A DNA stretch of 61,590 nt, filler included. It is 8 parts of 8 records of this genome, joined end to end, with 100 filler letters (N's around TTAATTAATTAA, not from the genome) between each part and the next. Parts side by side here need not be neighbours in the genome. Positions count along the whole stretch, not along the records: positions 41,129 to 48,647 come from SRR2962707_4419; positions 48,748 to 53,842 come from SRR2962707_4420; positions 53,943 to 61,590 come from SRR2962707_4421; 5 more parts are not named here. One strand, written 5' to 3'. Below, piece after piece: positions 46,501 through 60,000 of this stretch. The notes under the pieces were generated by a model. It ran no database searches, was not told the origin of the DNA, and was given only the letters and a program-made list of their open reading frames with translations. Each line of letters opens with the position of its first letter. Position 1 is the first letter of the stretch. Both the position numbers and the translations under genes were made by a program.

Positions 46501-48647
46501 CTCACTTCATTCGCCGCTACCTACCAGACAAAACATCCACAGCAGATAATCAAGCATGCACTCCCACACTGCAGGCGCTGCATACACAGCACGTTTCGGG
46601 ATATTAACTCTTCATTGAACTGACACAATCCGCATGCTGCAGAAACACAGAGCAACACAGTTTTGTTGTCGCAACGATGCCTGCAAAAACGTTACCTCAG
46701 CGGCCACATTCGCTGCCAATTCTGCATCTTTGGTTTGTCGGCGGAGGTCCTCCTCTAGCATTGCAATGCGGGCCTCCGAAACTTCCTTGGCAGCCTTTAC
46801 CTCGTCAAGCTCTGTGCGCCATGCCTGGTCACGAGCCTCGTGTGCCAACGCGGCCTCATGCAGTTGCGTCTGCAGTCGCTCAACTTGGTCTGTGTGACTC
46901 TCACTGTCAGCAGCATCTACGGCAGCAGCGGCAACCTCTTCTTCTGCCATACGCTGTTGAGCACGGGCAGCCGCTAGCTCATTGCGCAACTCGTTCTCTG
47001 CAACAACCAATCCTTCCTGCTGCGCGTGGAACTGCTCTTGCATTTGCGAAAACAAAACACCAGAATCGACCTCCAAATCTTGAAGTTGTTTTTGTGCTGC
47101 CGCAGCTGCAGCTTGTTCCTGATTGCGCGCTGTCACGAGTCGAGCCTCCAGTTCCTCTTGCACTTGAGTTGCCCTAACAATGGCTCCTGCTGTTTCGTGC
47201 TCGAAAGAACGTTCTGCCGCCCTCGATGTTGCCTCAAGCTCCAACAGCTTGCCCCGTAGCTCTGCCAGTTGCCCCTCGACCGTTTCCTCTGCAACTAAGC
47301 CTCGAGCGGCAGTTTCCATTCGCGTCACATCTGCGCGAAGGGCGGCCACATCTGCGCGGGCTTGGGCAACTTCGCGTTCGGCAGTTTTACGTGAAGCTTG
47401 CGCTTTACCGGCCGATTCCTCCAAAGCCGCCTCGAGTGCAGCAACTTTTGCTTGCAAAGCCTGAGCAGCATCCGCCTCCTGCCTCAACTGCTCTTCAGCA
47501 GACACCAGCCGTTTCTGTGCAGCGGCAGCTGCAGCGGTAGCCGCAGCAACAGCATTCACTTGGTCGTCGTTTGACCGAGGAGCGCCATCAAGTGACCTTT
47601 TCTTTGCTGTGGACAAAGGAATCGGGCTAAGATCAAAGGACGGCTGCTCAGTGCGACGCTGCTCCTCAAGCTCCTCAATTTTTTCTTGCATTGCAGCCAC
47701 CTCTTCCAAAGCCTTGGCGTAAGAACTTTGGACGGCAGCAAATTCTTGCCGCTGTTGTGGGTTTTTCAGCTGTCGTCCAGCACTACCTCCCAAGTCATGC
47801 CCCTGTCCACTTGCAACCTCGTCTGGCTCGTTCATTGGATGTTTGCTTCGATTCGATGAACGGCTTTGTAAAGGCCTTCTGGGTGGCGGTGACTCAAAAA
47901 AATCATCGACGTCGACCCCTTTGTCCTCAGATTCAGCATCGCTACTGCTGCCATGCAGTTGCTCCGCACGTAGCTGCAAAAACGCATCTCTGAACGACTG
48001 GCCTCCAACAACTACATCGCTGACTGGTGGTGAAACAAGTGGCGAAGGGTTTAACCGCTGCAACTGTTGTTGGTGCTGCTGCTTATGAGTCATGGTGTTG
48101 CCGTTGTTCTTAGTTGAGACAGCCACACTGTGGCCTTGTGGCACTTGATACATGGCCACTTGCTGCCGCTGTTCGAGCAGTGAAACTTCTTGTCGCTGCT
48201 GTTCGATCTCTGCCCGTGCTTCTTCTTTTTGGCGCTGCATTTCCGCTTGCAGCCGGTCAATCTGTTGTTGCAGCTCACTTGAGTGTTGTGTCTCCACTTG
48301 CAGCACATTTTTTATTTCGTTGACAGCAAGCACGTGCAAGGCCCGCGTCTGTTGAAGCTCTTGATCCAGCTGCTCCGCCCTCATCCGCATCGTCAAAAGC
48401 TCCATTCGCTTCGTCTGCGGAGAATCTGTCTCTCCCTCTTCAAACCTGCCCTTCTGAAGAAAGCGTTGGGCATACGATTTGTTCGACTGCTGCTGCTGCT
48501 TCTGCTGCTGCTTAACTGCCACACGCCCAGCCCTCTCAACCTGCCTCGTAATTTCGGGAGTGGCGACATTTGGAGCTTCTGCTCTTCTCTGCTTCCCCTG
48601 TTTCAACTGCCTCTGCCCCTCCTCCTCCTCCTTCTCCTCCTCCTCCT
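43557..48647 (-). CDS. Large coiled-coil protein, two exons, 5' truncated
   Basis: Two long A/E/Q/L-rich heptad ORFs joined in frame by GT-AG intron 46695-46521. Confidence 0.75.
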
Positions 48648-48819
48648 NNNNNNNNNNNNNNNNNNNNNNNNNNNNNNNNNNNNNNNNNNNNTTAATTAAT
48701 TAANNNNNNNNNNNNNNNNNNNNNNNNNNNNNNNNNNNNNNNNNNNNTTTTTTTTTTTTTTTTTTTTTTTATTGGCTCGTTGAATACCGGTAATTGATTC
48801 ACTGAATTAATTATCGATC

Positions 48820-50934
48820 ATGAGCAAGCGCATCATGGCGCAGACGTACCAGGACGCGGTGCTTTCTGGGCTCGCTGTGCCGACCCTGAAAGGAGCGTTT
48901 GCACAGTGCCGCCGTGAGGGCAGCATCGTGCTGGATGGGAATTGGTTCCAGGATCGAGTTGCAGTGCTGGTGCCCGACCACCGGGACGTCATGCTTTACC
49001 TAGTGGACTCTGTGGAAGACGCGGAGCGTCCTGAATTGGCCAGCAGCAAAAGCGTGTTCAACATGAAGGAGCTGCTGTGGGTGAACTCCCCGTCGTTGAA
49101 CACCAAGGCAGTGGACCCTAACTCGGGCGAGCCGTTCGGATTCGATCTCATCTTTCGGACCACCACATTGACTCTTACGGAAGGCATCGCTTTCGACAAC
49201 GCGGAGCTGGCCAACTCCACGCACCAACTGCAGCAGGTGTTGCTGAGATGGAAGCCGCTGGTGAGGTCTGCAAACCTGCTCAAAATCAACCGGTTTGGGG
49301 CGCAGCAAAAGCGCTGGTTCATGCTGGAAAACAACGTCGATCTCAGCTGGTACAAGAACCGTTTTGCTGTGCACTCGCGGAATGCCGTGCGCATTGACAC
49401 GCTGCTGAAGGTGGCTGTACCATCCTCCAATGCCAAGGCACGGAAGTACCCGCTTTCTGCTGACCTTATCTTCAGCGAGTTTAAGAAAGACAAGACGTAT
49501 CACCTCGCGGCTTCTGGGGAACCTGGATCCGTCGATTTGCTGCAACACATCATCGGCCACTGGACGATTGAGGACTTGCACATGAGTCCACCTAGCCCTG
49601 AGCAAGGAACGGACATGGTTTGCTTTATTGATCTTCACATCAAAACTGTCAACTCGAAGCTTGCGACATCGCCAGAGGACTTTGGTTTCCAGTGCAAAGT
49701 ATTCGGCCGGGAGCCGAATGCACCTCAGGAGTTCTTTGGGCAGGCGGAGCCGCATGTTCGAGTGATTGACTTTCTTTCGCCGTTGGAGGGGCTCAAGGGA
49801 CCGGCGGAGCAAGCTGGAATGTGGATGCACGATGCAGTCGTCACTGTTGATGGTGCGTTTCCTTTTTTTCCGTGCGTGTACTTCACGTTTCCTGAAGTGC
49901 TGGTAGCACAGGCACACTGATCCGTTTCAATCCGCAAAGTATTTCCTTGAATTTGTTGTGCGTCACCTGTTTGTGTCCGCCGGGACCTGCTTTGGAACTG
50001 CTAGGCCACAAAATCACGAATTTAGCTGAGCTCACCCACGCAACTTCGAATCGAAGTTCAATTACCGTTCGCGTTGCCCGTCTCCCATTTCAACGCAATG
50101 TGGTAACAAAGGCTTGGAAACGCATTGTGAGTCGCGAGAAGGCACGTCGACTTACCCTTGGATACCAGCGCGACTGGGACGATTCTGGTTTGAAGGGGAG
50201 CCGCGAGGCCAAGAAGCACTCGCGCCAGCGCTGGGGACGCCATAAAAAGACAGAGTTCCGCCAACTTGCAGCGCGTGAGCGCGACGACGAGCCTTTGCCG
50301 GGTGGGCGACGAGTGTACGTCAGTGTGCGCAGTGCGATCAACTATTATAACTGCACCAAAAATGCTGCAATAACTGTGATTGAAGTTTTCGTGTCCACTC
50401 TGCACACTTGCCAGGCGACTGGGGCTGCGGCGGACTATCAGCCAACGGCATCACGAGGTCATGGAGCAGGCTGAAACTGTCATGCTGGACAGTCCGCGTC
50501 TTTCGGAAGTGGCGCCACCCAAAGGACCTCCACCACTTGAGCTAGAAGGGGCACAAGGTGCAGCAGCGCGACGGATCCACCCTCCGCGAGTTGACACCTC
50601 TCTTCGCAAGGGACTTCCTGGAGATGAGGGGTTTGAGGCTCGTTCTTCAGCTCGGAACACAGATCGTAAAATCTGGATTGCAGTACCTCCGGTGGGCTCA
50701 CCGTTTGCGACATTACGCCGCGATGCTTCCACTCCAGGAGTTCCTCCGAGCGCCCCACGCACTCCGGGCGGGCCTGGTGAGGGAGTTGTTCCGCTTGTGT
50801 CCAGGGCATCAACTCCCAAAGAGCGCACGCGTATTCTTAGCGATGCCGGGCGTGCTCTGTTTGGGGCAAGTCAGAAAACTTTCCGCCTTGACAACGGCGA
50901 AGACGATGATGGTGAGCATGGTACTGATGTATAA
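48820..50934 (+). CDS. Protein with PH-like and PDZ-like domains, multi-exon
   Basis: LLKINRFGAQQKRWFML…LSWYK (PH). FGFQC…GPAEQAGMWMHDAVVTVDG/HKITNL…ITVRVAR (PDZ) spans an intron near 49853-50003. Pro-rich last exon. Confidence 0.6.
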
Positions 50935-51105
50935 GACAATGCGACAAGAACATTCGACAAAACTCCAGGCGCCACGAATTATTGGTGGCGGAGGAAATGC
51001 CCTTTTAAATTAAAGCTCACGAGCATGGAAAAGTAGCGCGTTTTTTCATTGTGGAGCGGCAGCAAGACCTCTGTGCCCAGCGTTGACTTGGAGGACTCGG
51101 CAGGT

Positions 51106-53392
51106 TCAGTGGTAGACCCGACCAACAAGCGGGACGTACACAGGGCAGTACAACTTCTTGCCCAGCTTTTCCCAAACTTGCTCTTTGTTTTCTGCATTGA
51201 TTAGGGGGAGGTATTTGGCCTCCACCTCGGGCGACGCCAGGCCCTGTTTGACAGCAGTCACGAATACCGAATATCCAACTTGCCGCTGGACATCGACAAT
51301 ACGCTCTATGCTCGGGAAAACCTGTCCACGCTCCCGCTCCTCTTCAGTGACGGAAGCTGCAAGCGCAATTGAGGCGGCAAGCACCATCTCATCAGAAACA
51401 GATTTGCACTCGCTGAGAACAGCACCTTGGCCAAGACCCGGAAAGATGTACCTGCAATGTAACCAGCCACAAGGCACCAAGTTTGAGCACTCGCTTTGAT
51501 TGTTGCGCATAGTGTGTCATCGCCACATACAGTTGACAAGAATGCCGCTGCACGTACACATTGTTGCATTGGCTGGTCTTGTGAAGAACGCCGTTCACCT
51601 CCACTGGCTCAAAAGGGGAACCGGATGCAAGGATTGCTTGTCCGTTGGTCCATGTGTATGCATCCACAGCGGTGATTTCAGCCTTCGACGTCGGGTTGGA
51701 CAGCGGGAAAATGATCGGACGTTCAACACCATTTTCCATCATGGTTTCGACAATTTTTTTTGAGAAAAGCCCGGGCACAGCTGTGGCACCGATCAATACC
51801 GTCGGCTTCGCTTCCTTGACCACCTCTTGAAGCGTCATTCCTCCGGTGTCGTCGCGTGCAAAAACAGCAGCTTCTTCAGGCAAATCGGGATACCTGGTCG
51901 ATTGTTTGCATGGGGCCGACAGGGATAAGTTCCTTGCACCAAGAACCAGCTGCGACAAAGATGGAGTCACATTCGAAACGTTCGACGCACTTGCTATGGC
52001 ACAGTACTCCGTCAATACCCACAACGTGGAAAAGCGAACGAGCATCTTCGACACTCATGCCTTGGGCAACTAAGGCCTGCACGATGCCAGTGCAGATGCC
52101 GATCCCAGCGGAGCCGTTGCCGGCCACAACAAAAGTTTGCTCGGCAAGTTCGTTGAATTCTTTTCCTTGAGCTCGCCTGCACAAAGAAAGTAACAAACAA
52201 ATCGTGTGAAGAAAGCGAAAAAACTGGGGAAGGATTCATCAACCAAACGTAAGAATTCGAATCTCAGGTCATAGAACGCAAAAAATATGTTGAAACAGAG
52301 ACACTGGATCATCAAATCGTTCACACTTTTTCAAACTCACATTGCACCCATTAGCCCAGCCACGGCAACAGCTCCAGTGCCCTGAATATCGTCATTAAAG
52401 CAGCGCACACGGTTTCGGTACTTCTGCAACACGGTATTGGCACGGTTGCTGCTGAAATCCTCGAACTGGATCACCGCCTTGGGCCACCGACGCGATGCAG
52501 CAATGACAAATTCGTCCACAAGGCGATAGTAGTCGTCGCCACGCATGCGAGGGAACTTGGTTCCATTGTAGAAAGGGTCTTCAATCAGTTCTTGATTGTC
52601 CGTGCCCACGTCCAGGACGACAGGTAGTACACGATGAGGGGCGATGCCGCCAACAGCGCAGTACAGCGCAAGCTTGCCAATGCAGATCCCCATGCCGTTC
52701 ACGCCAAGGTCTCCAAGGCCAAGGACACGCCCACCGTCAGTGACAACAATGACATGAACGTCATCGGATGGCCAATTGTAGAGCAGCGAGCCAATCTGAC
52801 CAACGTCGTGTCGTGAAAAATACATGCCACGGGGTCGTCGAAAGTCGCTTCCGAAGCGTTGGCACACAAGACCAACAGTTGGTGTGTACACAATCGGCGC
52901 GATCTCCTTGATGTACTTTTGCAGGAAAGCGTGGAACAAGGTCTCGTTGGTCTCTTGCAAGTCGCGGAGGTACAGGTTCTTCATGATGTCGGTGCGCAGG
53001 CTGTCGACCATCTTCTTCGTGCGCATGAGCTGGTCGGTCTTGGACTCCACGCGGGCAGGCATCAGGCCGCGAATGTTCAGTCGATCCCGCTCGCCGTGCA
53101 TGAACGCGCAGCCTTTGTTCCACAGACTGTTGTGCAAAACGTCGATGCCGTTCAAGAAGGCGGGAATGTGCAGCACTTTTCGCTGGTGATAAGGCACGTC
53201 CTCCAGTCCCATGTGCCCGTACTCGCCTTTTTCCTCAGGCTTGTAGAGCCCGTCCTTCATCTTGTTGATCGCATCCTCCGCTTTCCCGCGGTGCGAGAAC
53301 ACGGCGGGAAGTGCACGGCGGTTGCCGTTCACCCGGGTCGCGCGCGCTAGATTCGAGCGGCAAGACAACATTCCACCAATGCGCCCCAACAT
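51106..53392 (-). CDS. Malic enzyme, probably mitochondrial NAD-dependent, multi-exon
   Basis: Arg-rich transit-like N-terminus, PIVYTPTVG, VTDGGRVLGLGDLG, IQFEDF, FNDDIQGT, AGNGSAGIG, FPLSNPT, SGSPF and NN/YIFPGLG. Confidence 0.93.
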
Positions 53393-53737
53393 TCTGCTTC
53401 TTATAGATTTAATATCAATTTTTTGTTCAGCCTTCTCACGAACCAGCTGTGTTGTTTTCGAAGAGCCAATCAGCGCCGACGCCCTCCGTCGAAAAAGTGT
53501 GGCAAATGAAGGTGCACACAGAAAAGCGAGGCGGTAGTCCGAATACCAGCGACAGAGTGCAAGAAAGCAAGAAAGTAACACAAAAACAAAAAAACAAAAA
53601 AAACACAAAAAACACAAAAACACGTATCTATCACTCACTCACATTCTCGCTCACATTCTTGCTCCCTCTCACGCGCAGAAAGCGAGCCCCAAAAGAATCG
53701 TGTCCTCCTCCTCAGGTATCGAGAGAGAGCTTGCGTC

Positions 53738-53842
53738 AGTGAGTGAGTGAGTGAGTGAGCTTTCGTCAGTGAGCAAGTGAGTGAGTGAGCTTTCGTCAGT
53801 GAGTGAGTGAGCGAGTGAGCTTTCGTGAGCTTTCGTGAGCTT
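53738..53842. repeat. Compound (GTGA)n / GCTTTC minisatellite at contig end
   Basis: Roughly 30-bp units of GTGA runs ending GCTTTCGTCA, repeated about three times and then shortening. Confidence 0.85.
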
Positions 53843-54066
53843 NNNNNNNNNNNNNNNNNNNNNNNNNNNNNNNNNNNNNNNNNNNNTTAATTAATTAANN
53901 NNNNNNNNNNNNNNNNNNNNNNNNNNNNNNNNNNNNNNNNNNATTTCATGTACGTTATGTTGAATGTGTGTAATGGAGGCAGGAGCAATGCAGTTCTGCA
54001 GTAAACTCAAAACAAAAAGAAGAAGATCTTTCGGTGCATTTCAGTCAGATGGCACTTCGAGCCGAA

Positions 54067-57000
54067 TCAAGGAGCGATCCCATTGCTGATTCTTTGGAAC
54101 TCATCGTAGTATGAGCTCCAACTAGAATCATAAGATCGGTAAAGGAGCCTCCGCACTTGGTGTACAACGTCCACGTCGGTCAAGTCAACCTTTGCGTGTC
54201 GCACGAGTTTAGTGCAGCGACAAGGACGAGTAAAAAATAATGTGAGAAAGTGCACGTATCGCATGGACGGAGTTCTCACAGGAAAACGATGCACCTGCGA
54301 GGACTCACGAACCATGAGGCGGTCTCGGAAAGATTTCATCATTGCATCCTTTGGCACTGCTTGCATGCAAGGGAAGTCATCGTGGGTTGCGAGCAACAAA
54401 AGCGACTCGAGCTGGGCTCGTGCTCTTCGCAGGGCGAAAAATCCCGATATAAGCAGTCCTTCAAAATATGCCTGAACGGAACGGGGCAGGGGCGGAGAGG
54501 GGAAAGGTAACACCATCAAAGAGGAGTGTCTTTAGAAATCACAGCACAGAAGGCACACGTCAACTACCACCTCCACCCATGTGCGAGTGAGTGACGGCTC
54601 ACCCAAAGCGAGGAATTGGGACCGCCAAGAATATCTCCCATTTCAGCGGTCAGCTTGAAAGGAGCTCGCTCTAGACTGAAGCGTCCTCCTGGGGCATGTC
54701 CAAGGACAAACCCAAAATCTATGTGGACTAGCATCCCTGTTGCGTGGAGCGGGGAAAAACAGCGTTATAAAGTTGTCACAATCACACAGAAATCCCAAAC
54801 CCAACTCGGCGATCAACACGCTAGCCAGCGCATGTGTCTTTGGTCAAGAACACACATCCTGCGAGCAATCCCTTGCTGCTTTACGCACCGTCAGAGCGAA
54901 GCATGATGTTTCCATTATGCCTATCTTTGACAGAGAGAATGAAAGTAAAAATGCAGTAAGCGGCAAGACTCTCGGCGAAGCGAATTCGAGCATTCCGAAG
55001 GTCGGTTGGTGTTGCGGAGAATGACTGCACGAAAAAATCCGAGAGGGTGTGGTCATCTGGGAGCTGTTTTTTTATCTGTTTGCACAACAAGTGCAATCAT
55101 TTTCAAATTGGCTGGCGCCTCAACATAAGCGTCAAAATCAACACACTGTCCAATACATACCTGATCCAAAGACCTCGCATTTTGGATTGTTTCGATAATT
55201 CCACTGTCTGGACCCGTCGCAACGATGCTGTAAGCCTGGAGACGAAGTGGGAGCTTGTGATTATCAGCCCACACTTGGTCGAAAATTGCTGCCATTTGCA
55301 AAACGAATCGCTCCTGTCGAAGATCGTCGTATGACTTCACAACAAACGACCTATCAAAGTAAGCGAGCAAGAAAACTGTCAAATGCACAAGATGATACAA
55401 AACGATACTGACCGCGGCCGAGTAAGTGGCGCAATCATGGGCATGCACGCATGCTGTTTGAAAGGACAAACCGCAGGTCCCATCCGCGTCGACTGCCCAA
55501 GTATGAAACGTCCGCTACGCGCTCAGTCTTTTGTTGCCAAAGTTCTCCAAACTGAGCTGCAACCGTCTGGGGCAGGACAGTGTGCTCCGAGTGAATAAGT
55601 CGAGCAGGGTGAATGGGCGTGAACGAGTTTTGCCGGCTCAGGGAGAGATCAGAAATATCATCGGTGTGGGGAGTTGTGTTTGTTGAGGCTGTGGCGGGCG
55701 ATGGAGAGCTGGTTTCACGACTGACTTTCGAGCCATTGCCTGGGCCAACGCGGGGTCTATCATTCGCATCATCGTCCTCATCGTCACTGGATTCCTCTTC
55801 ACTGTCCGAATATCTCGGCTCTAAAGCATGAGGCGCCACAAAAGCAGTTGGAGTCATGGGTGAGGATCCTGATGCGCCTGATGAGCATGAACTCAAGCTT
55901 GGTCGTCGGCTTGTAGGGTAAACACCGCGTTTCGAAGCTGCCTGAGCGGCTTGAAATGCTTTCGCTGCAGCAGATGCTTCACGGGTACTCTGTGCCTTTT
56001 TCCGCGGCTTTTTCGTTGCGGAATGGGGACTTTCCTGGTGCAGAATGCTGGGTATTTCGTCCTCATCAATCGCATCTACAAGTGGCGCGTCACTGTTGAA
56101 AATACTGGTGCGCAAAAAAGTCAAATTCTGAACGGATAGCGCATCACGCTCCGAATGTGAATGTTCTGTGTCGCGGGACTGCGTTGCAACATCTTTCAGC
56201 TGCAAAGCAGCCTGAGAGCGAATATAGGCCAATACTTGGTCATACGAGTATCCGATCACCATTTCATTTCCAACTGCGGCCAGAATATCACCACTCTGAA
56301 TGCCGTTGGCGATGGCTGCAGTCTGCTGAGGATCAGAGTCCTGGCGTTTGACTTGCAGTGCAAACCTGGACATGGCGCCAAAAGGTGACACCGCGCGTGA
56401 AGTAAATGTTGGGCACAGCAAAGGAGCAATTTAGAACACCCGATTTTGAACGCACTGTGCTTTAGCGCGAGAGTGAGTGGCCGTGAATTGTAACTTTGGT
56501 TGTTGGCCGTGCGCAACGGCCCTGAGCACCATGCCAGCGTCCTTCGAGATGAGGAAACCCTCGAGACAGGAAGCAAGCCACGAAAGTGGAATTGGTCCTT
56601 GGATGGGGTACATCTTGGTAGCCGAGGTCGTGGCAGAGCGGGAGGCCGATTCTTTATCAGGACGAGGAATTTCGGTTGAACTTTCAGCTGTCGATGCAAT
56701 AGCGTCAAGTGGCTCGGGGGTCGCATGGCCGTTTATCACAAGATCAATTTGATGCATCCACTGAGTCATTGTTCTATGTTTTGACGTTGACAGGTAGAGG
56801 TGTACAGCACGTCCACGAGAATCTTGGCAGTTTAACATGAAGCTGCAGGCCTATCCATGTCAAAGTAGACACCGCCAATGTGTACGAAACACGTAAATCC
56901 GCAAGCGAGAACACTCCCTACTCGAGCAAAGGCGGTGTCGAAAAGGAAAATGGTACGCAGGTGCTTTCTTTTTTTTACCTTGTGATTGCTGGTTTCGGTC

Positions 57001-60000
57001 GGTGAAGCTGTGCGTACATGTGAAACTCCAGGAACTAGCACCAGTGTGCCCTTGGGTCGGGCACCAAAGTCAGCACTTTTGTAGTAAGCAAGCGTTCGAC
57101 TTCGGGGATGCAACCGAAAGAAACGACGTCGCCACAACTGTCGTTCCCGAATGCTGTCGGAAACAAGTTGAACAGCACCCTTGTCCATCCATCCTTGACA
57201 CGAGTATGACGGTTGAAGCGTCATTTTTTGGTTGAGCCGATCAAAATATCTGCAGTACACGTAGTGCAGCAATGAGCCGAGCAACTTTCGGATTGAGAAA
57301 ACACCAGAAAAACCAAAATCAAACGTTCCCACAGCACTGAGGCAGAAACACAATTCACAAGAGAAACGAACAAACTGCGTGGAGTCAGAGGAACATCGGT
57401 TGTAGCCGCTTTCTTCAAACTTGCCGCAGGAGAGCCCGTGGCGGTTTTGGGGATCGCGAAGAAGCTTCCAATACCGGAGCCAGAGATGTGCGTTGGAGAC
57501 GATTCTCTCGTGGTATTTTTATTTTGTGGATTCTTTTCAGAGCTACCACGTTCGACGCACACATTGGAACTGTCGTCCGTCATCGTTGCCTCGGAATTCG
57601 GCGTTGTTTCAACATCCACAGTCTCCACACACAGCAAATATGGGGCACGCTCCTTCGTGTTGAAAACGATGCTTTCGAGTGGAACGACGGCAGCAATTCT
57701 GCACGACGCTGACGGATCTTTTGTGTCGCTGCACTGAACACCGGAGAGACTGGCTTGAAAGCTTTGACCACGCAGGTCCCGGTTAAACATGGCATGGAAT
57801 AGGACATCCAGCGATGGTTGGCGTTTTTTATGATTGCCGCTGCCCTCAGCTTTAGTTTCATCAACGCTGCTCGGAGCACTTCCACACCCGCCTAATAGAG
57901 ATTCGCTACGTTGCTGCAGTAGTGCAAGTTCAACTCGAAGAGCCACTTTGCGTTGTGAAGGCTCTAGGTCTCGAAGTTTTTCAGATATGCTCACCAAATG
58001 AGCCACAAAGCGTCGGTTTGCGGCCAGCATGTCGGCGTATCCTTCTTCTTTGCAATTGCGGACAACAAACTTGTTGACAAGACGGAGTTCGGTGGGTGAC
58101 AACCGTGGGAAAAATGCATTGGGTGAGTTCCCATTCGCATAATCGCCTTTTTCGCCGGAAGGAGCTGCAAGTGTCGGAAGATACAGTAAAATTCCAGGGT
58201 CTATTCCTCGCACTTTCATGTCTTGGATCTGCTGTGCAACAGCTTCAGGTAAGACCTGAGGAAAAACAGCCAAACGAGGAAGGCAAAAGAGCATTGGTGA
58301 ATCGACAACACAAAAACCGAAATCACTAACGCCGGGTGAAACTACTGACGCACCTTTGCCTCCGTAAAATCATCCAACATGCGGTTTCCAGACAAGCAAC
58401 CAGCAGCCGCAGGGCCAGTGTAGCTCAGAAAGTCTGCTCGCACAATCTCGACAGCAACCCAGCAAACTGGAAACTGGCTAGCTTTCCTACAACCAGCAGG
58501 ATGTGTTCGTGGAGGTATCACCCAGGCGCGTGAAAATTGCTACCGTACAATCAACATTGCATGCACCCATCTGCAGTATTCGACTCACTCAAACACAACG
58601 ACTAGGTAATGTCCTGGACGAGGAACGCGAGGGGCCTCCCATTCAAATTCTGTCACTGCGGATCGTCGTGGGCATTGGTACGGAACGCTGTGGATTGCCC
58701 ATTTGAGATCCTGCAGAGGTGTTGACTTGGCCTGCTCACTGACGTCAAACAAGCTTTCTGTAGCGGACAGTGTTGTTTCCTCCAAGGCTGTTGACAAAGC
58801 GGGTAGCCACTCAACTGGGGGAATGAAGAAAGCGATTGCCAAATCGGCACCACGGCGACGATTAGGAATAGTGAACTTTGCATGAAATGCCTGCACCATC
58901 GCGCCACGAGGCAAACGGTACACGACAACACGGACACGAAATAATCAAGATCATAAAAACGCCAACTGGTAAAAGCATCACACAGAACACTGCATTCATG
59001 TGGGCGCAAGTGCATGTGAACGCGATAGTTGCAACTTGCCTCGCCGCTACGGAATACAGCAGGTGACATCCACCAACCCAGCGGTACCTCAACCTGGTCA
59101 ATCGTTGAATTTACAAAATTTGAGCTTGGTTAAAAGGGCACAGTGCCGCACAGTGACTGGTTGGAACAGAAATCATGCTGAGAGACACACCCTGCTTGCA
59201 GTCAATAGCCTATTTTTGGCATCTCCAAAATCATCCGAACTATCATCATCATCATCACGAACTAGCTGATGGACAATGCGTGAGTGTTTTCCATCCTTGT
59301 TCCCGAAACCTGGGTCCAAACAGCTGGAATTCTGTTCTGTGCTTATGTCATCGTTTGGAATACTGCCGGTGCTGTCATCGCTGTCTCCAGGGAGCGTGTC
59401 CATGTCGGTCGCTGCTGAGGCCACTGTTGCAAGAAATTCGCGATTTGCCTCTCGTTGAGGGCGGCGGTACATGAAATACTCCAGAATTAGAAGAAGGCGG
59501 AGCACGTAAATGTCGCGTGGGCGAATCCATCCTTCTTCAGGAATGCTGGCAGCGGATTCGCTTGATTCAGGATGAATTTGCTGGTCGACTGAACTGGCGG
59601 TCCTGGAAGGCAGCCGAGGAAGCTCACTCATCAAGGCCCAAAATAATTTCAGCGCCACGTTTGCTTGATGAGCAGGGTTGTCTTTAGTAGTGATTAGACA
59701 AGAAAAGATCAACTGCTCGAGTAAGACAGACGTATTAGATGGCGTGGCAGCTTTAAGTCGCAGAATTGTCTACACAAGCATTTTCGATGGGTAAAAGCAA
59801 CACAGAAGTCGGTGTCAATTGAAGCATTCGCTCGGCCCCAGTCAACACGAGCAGAAAAGCGATTGTCTGACAAACCAAAAACTGTGGCAGAAAGAACAAC
59901 AGAGTGTAGACTGAATCGATGCCAAGAGCAAGTCGCTGTGCAAGGCAATAGCACAATACGTCAAACACTAGTGCATTGCCATGAAATCGATGAAGGTGAT

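Noticed and set aside
53738-53842. CRISPR array or telomere
   Set aside because: There are no unique spacers and the unit is not a telomeric G-rich repeat; it is a degenerate GTGA minisatellite.
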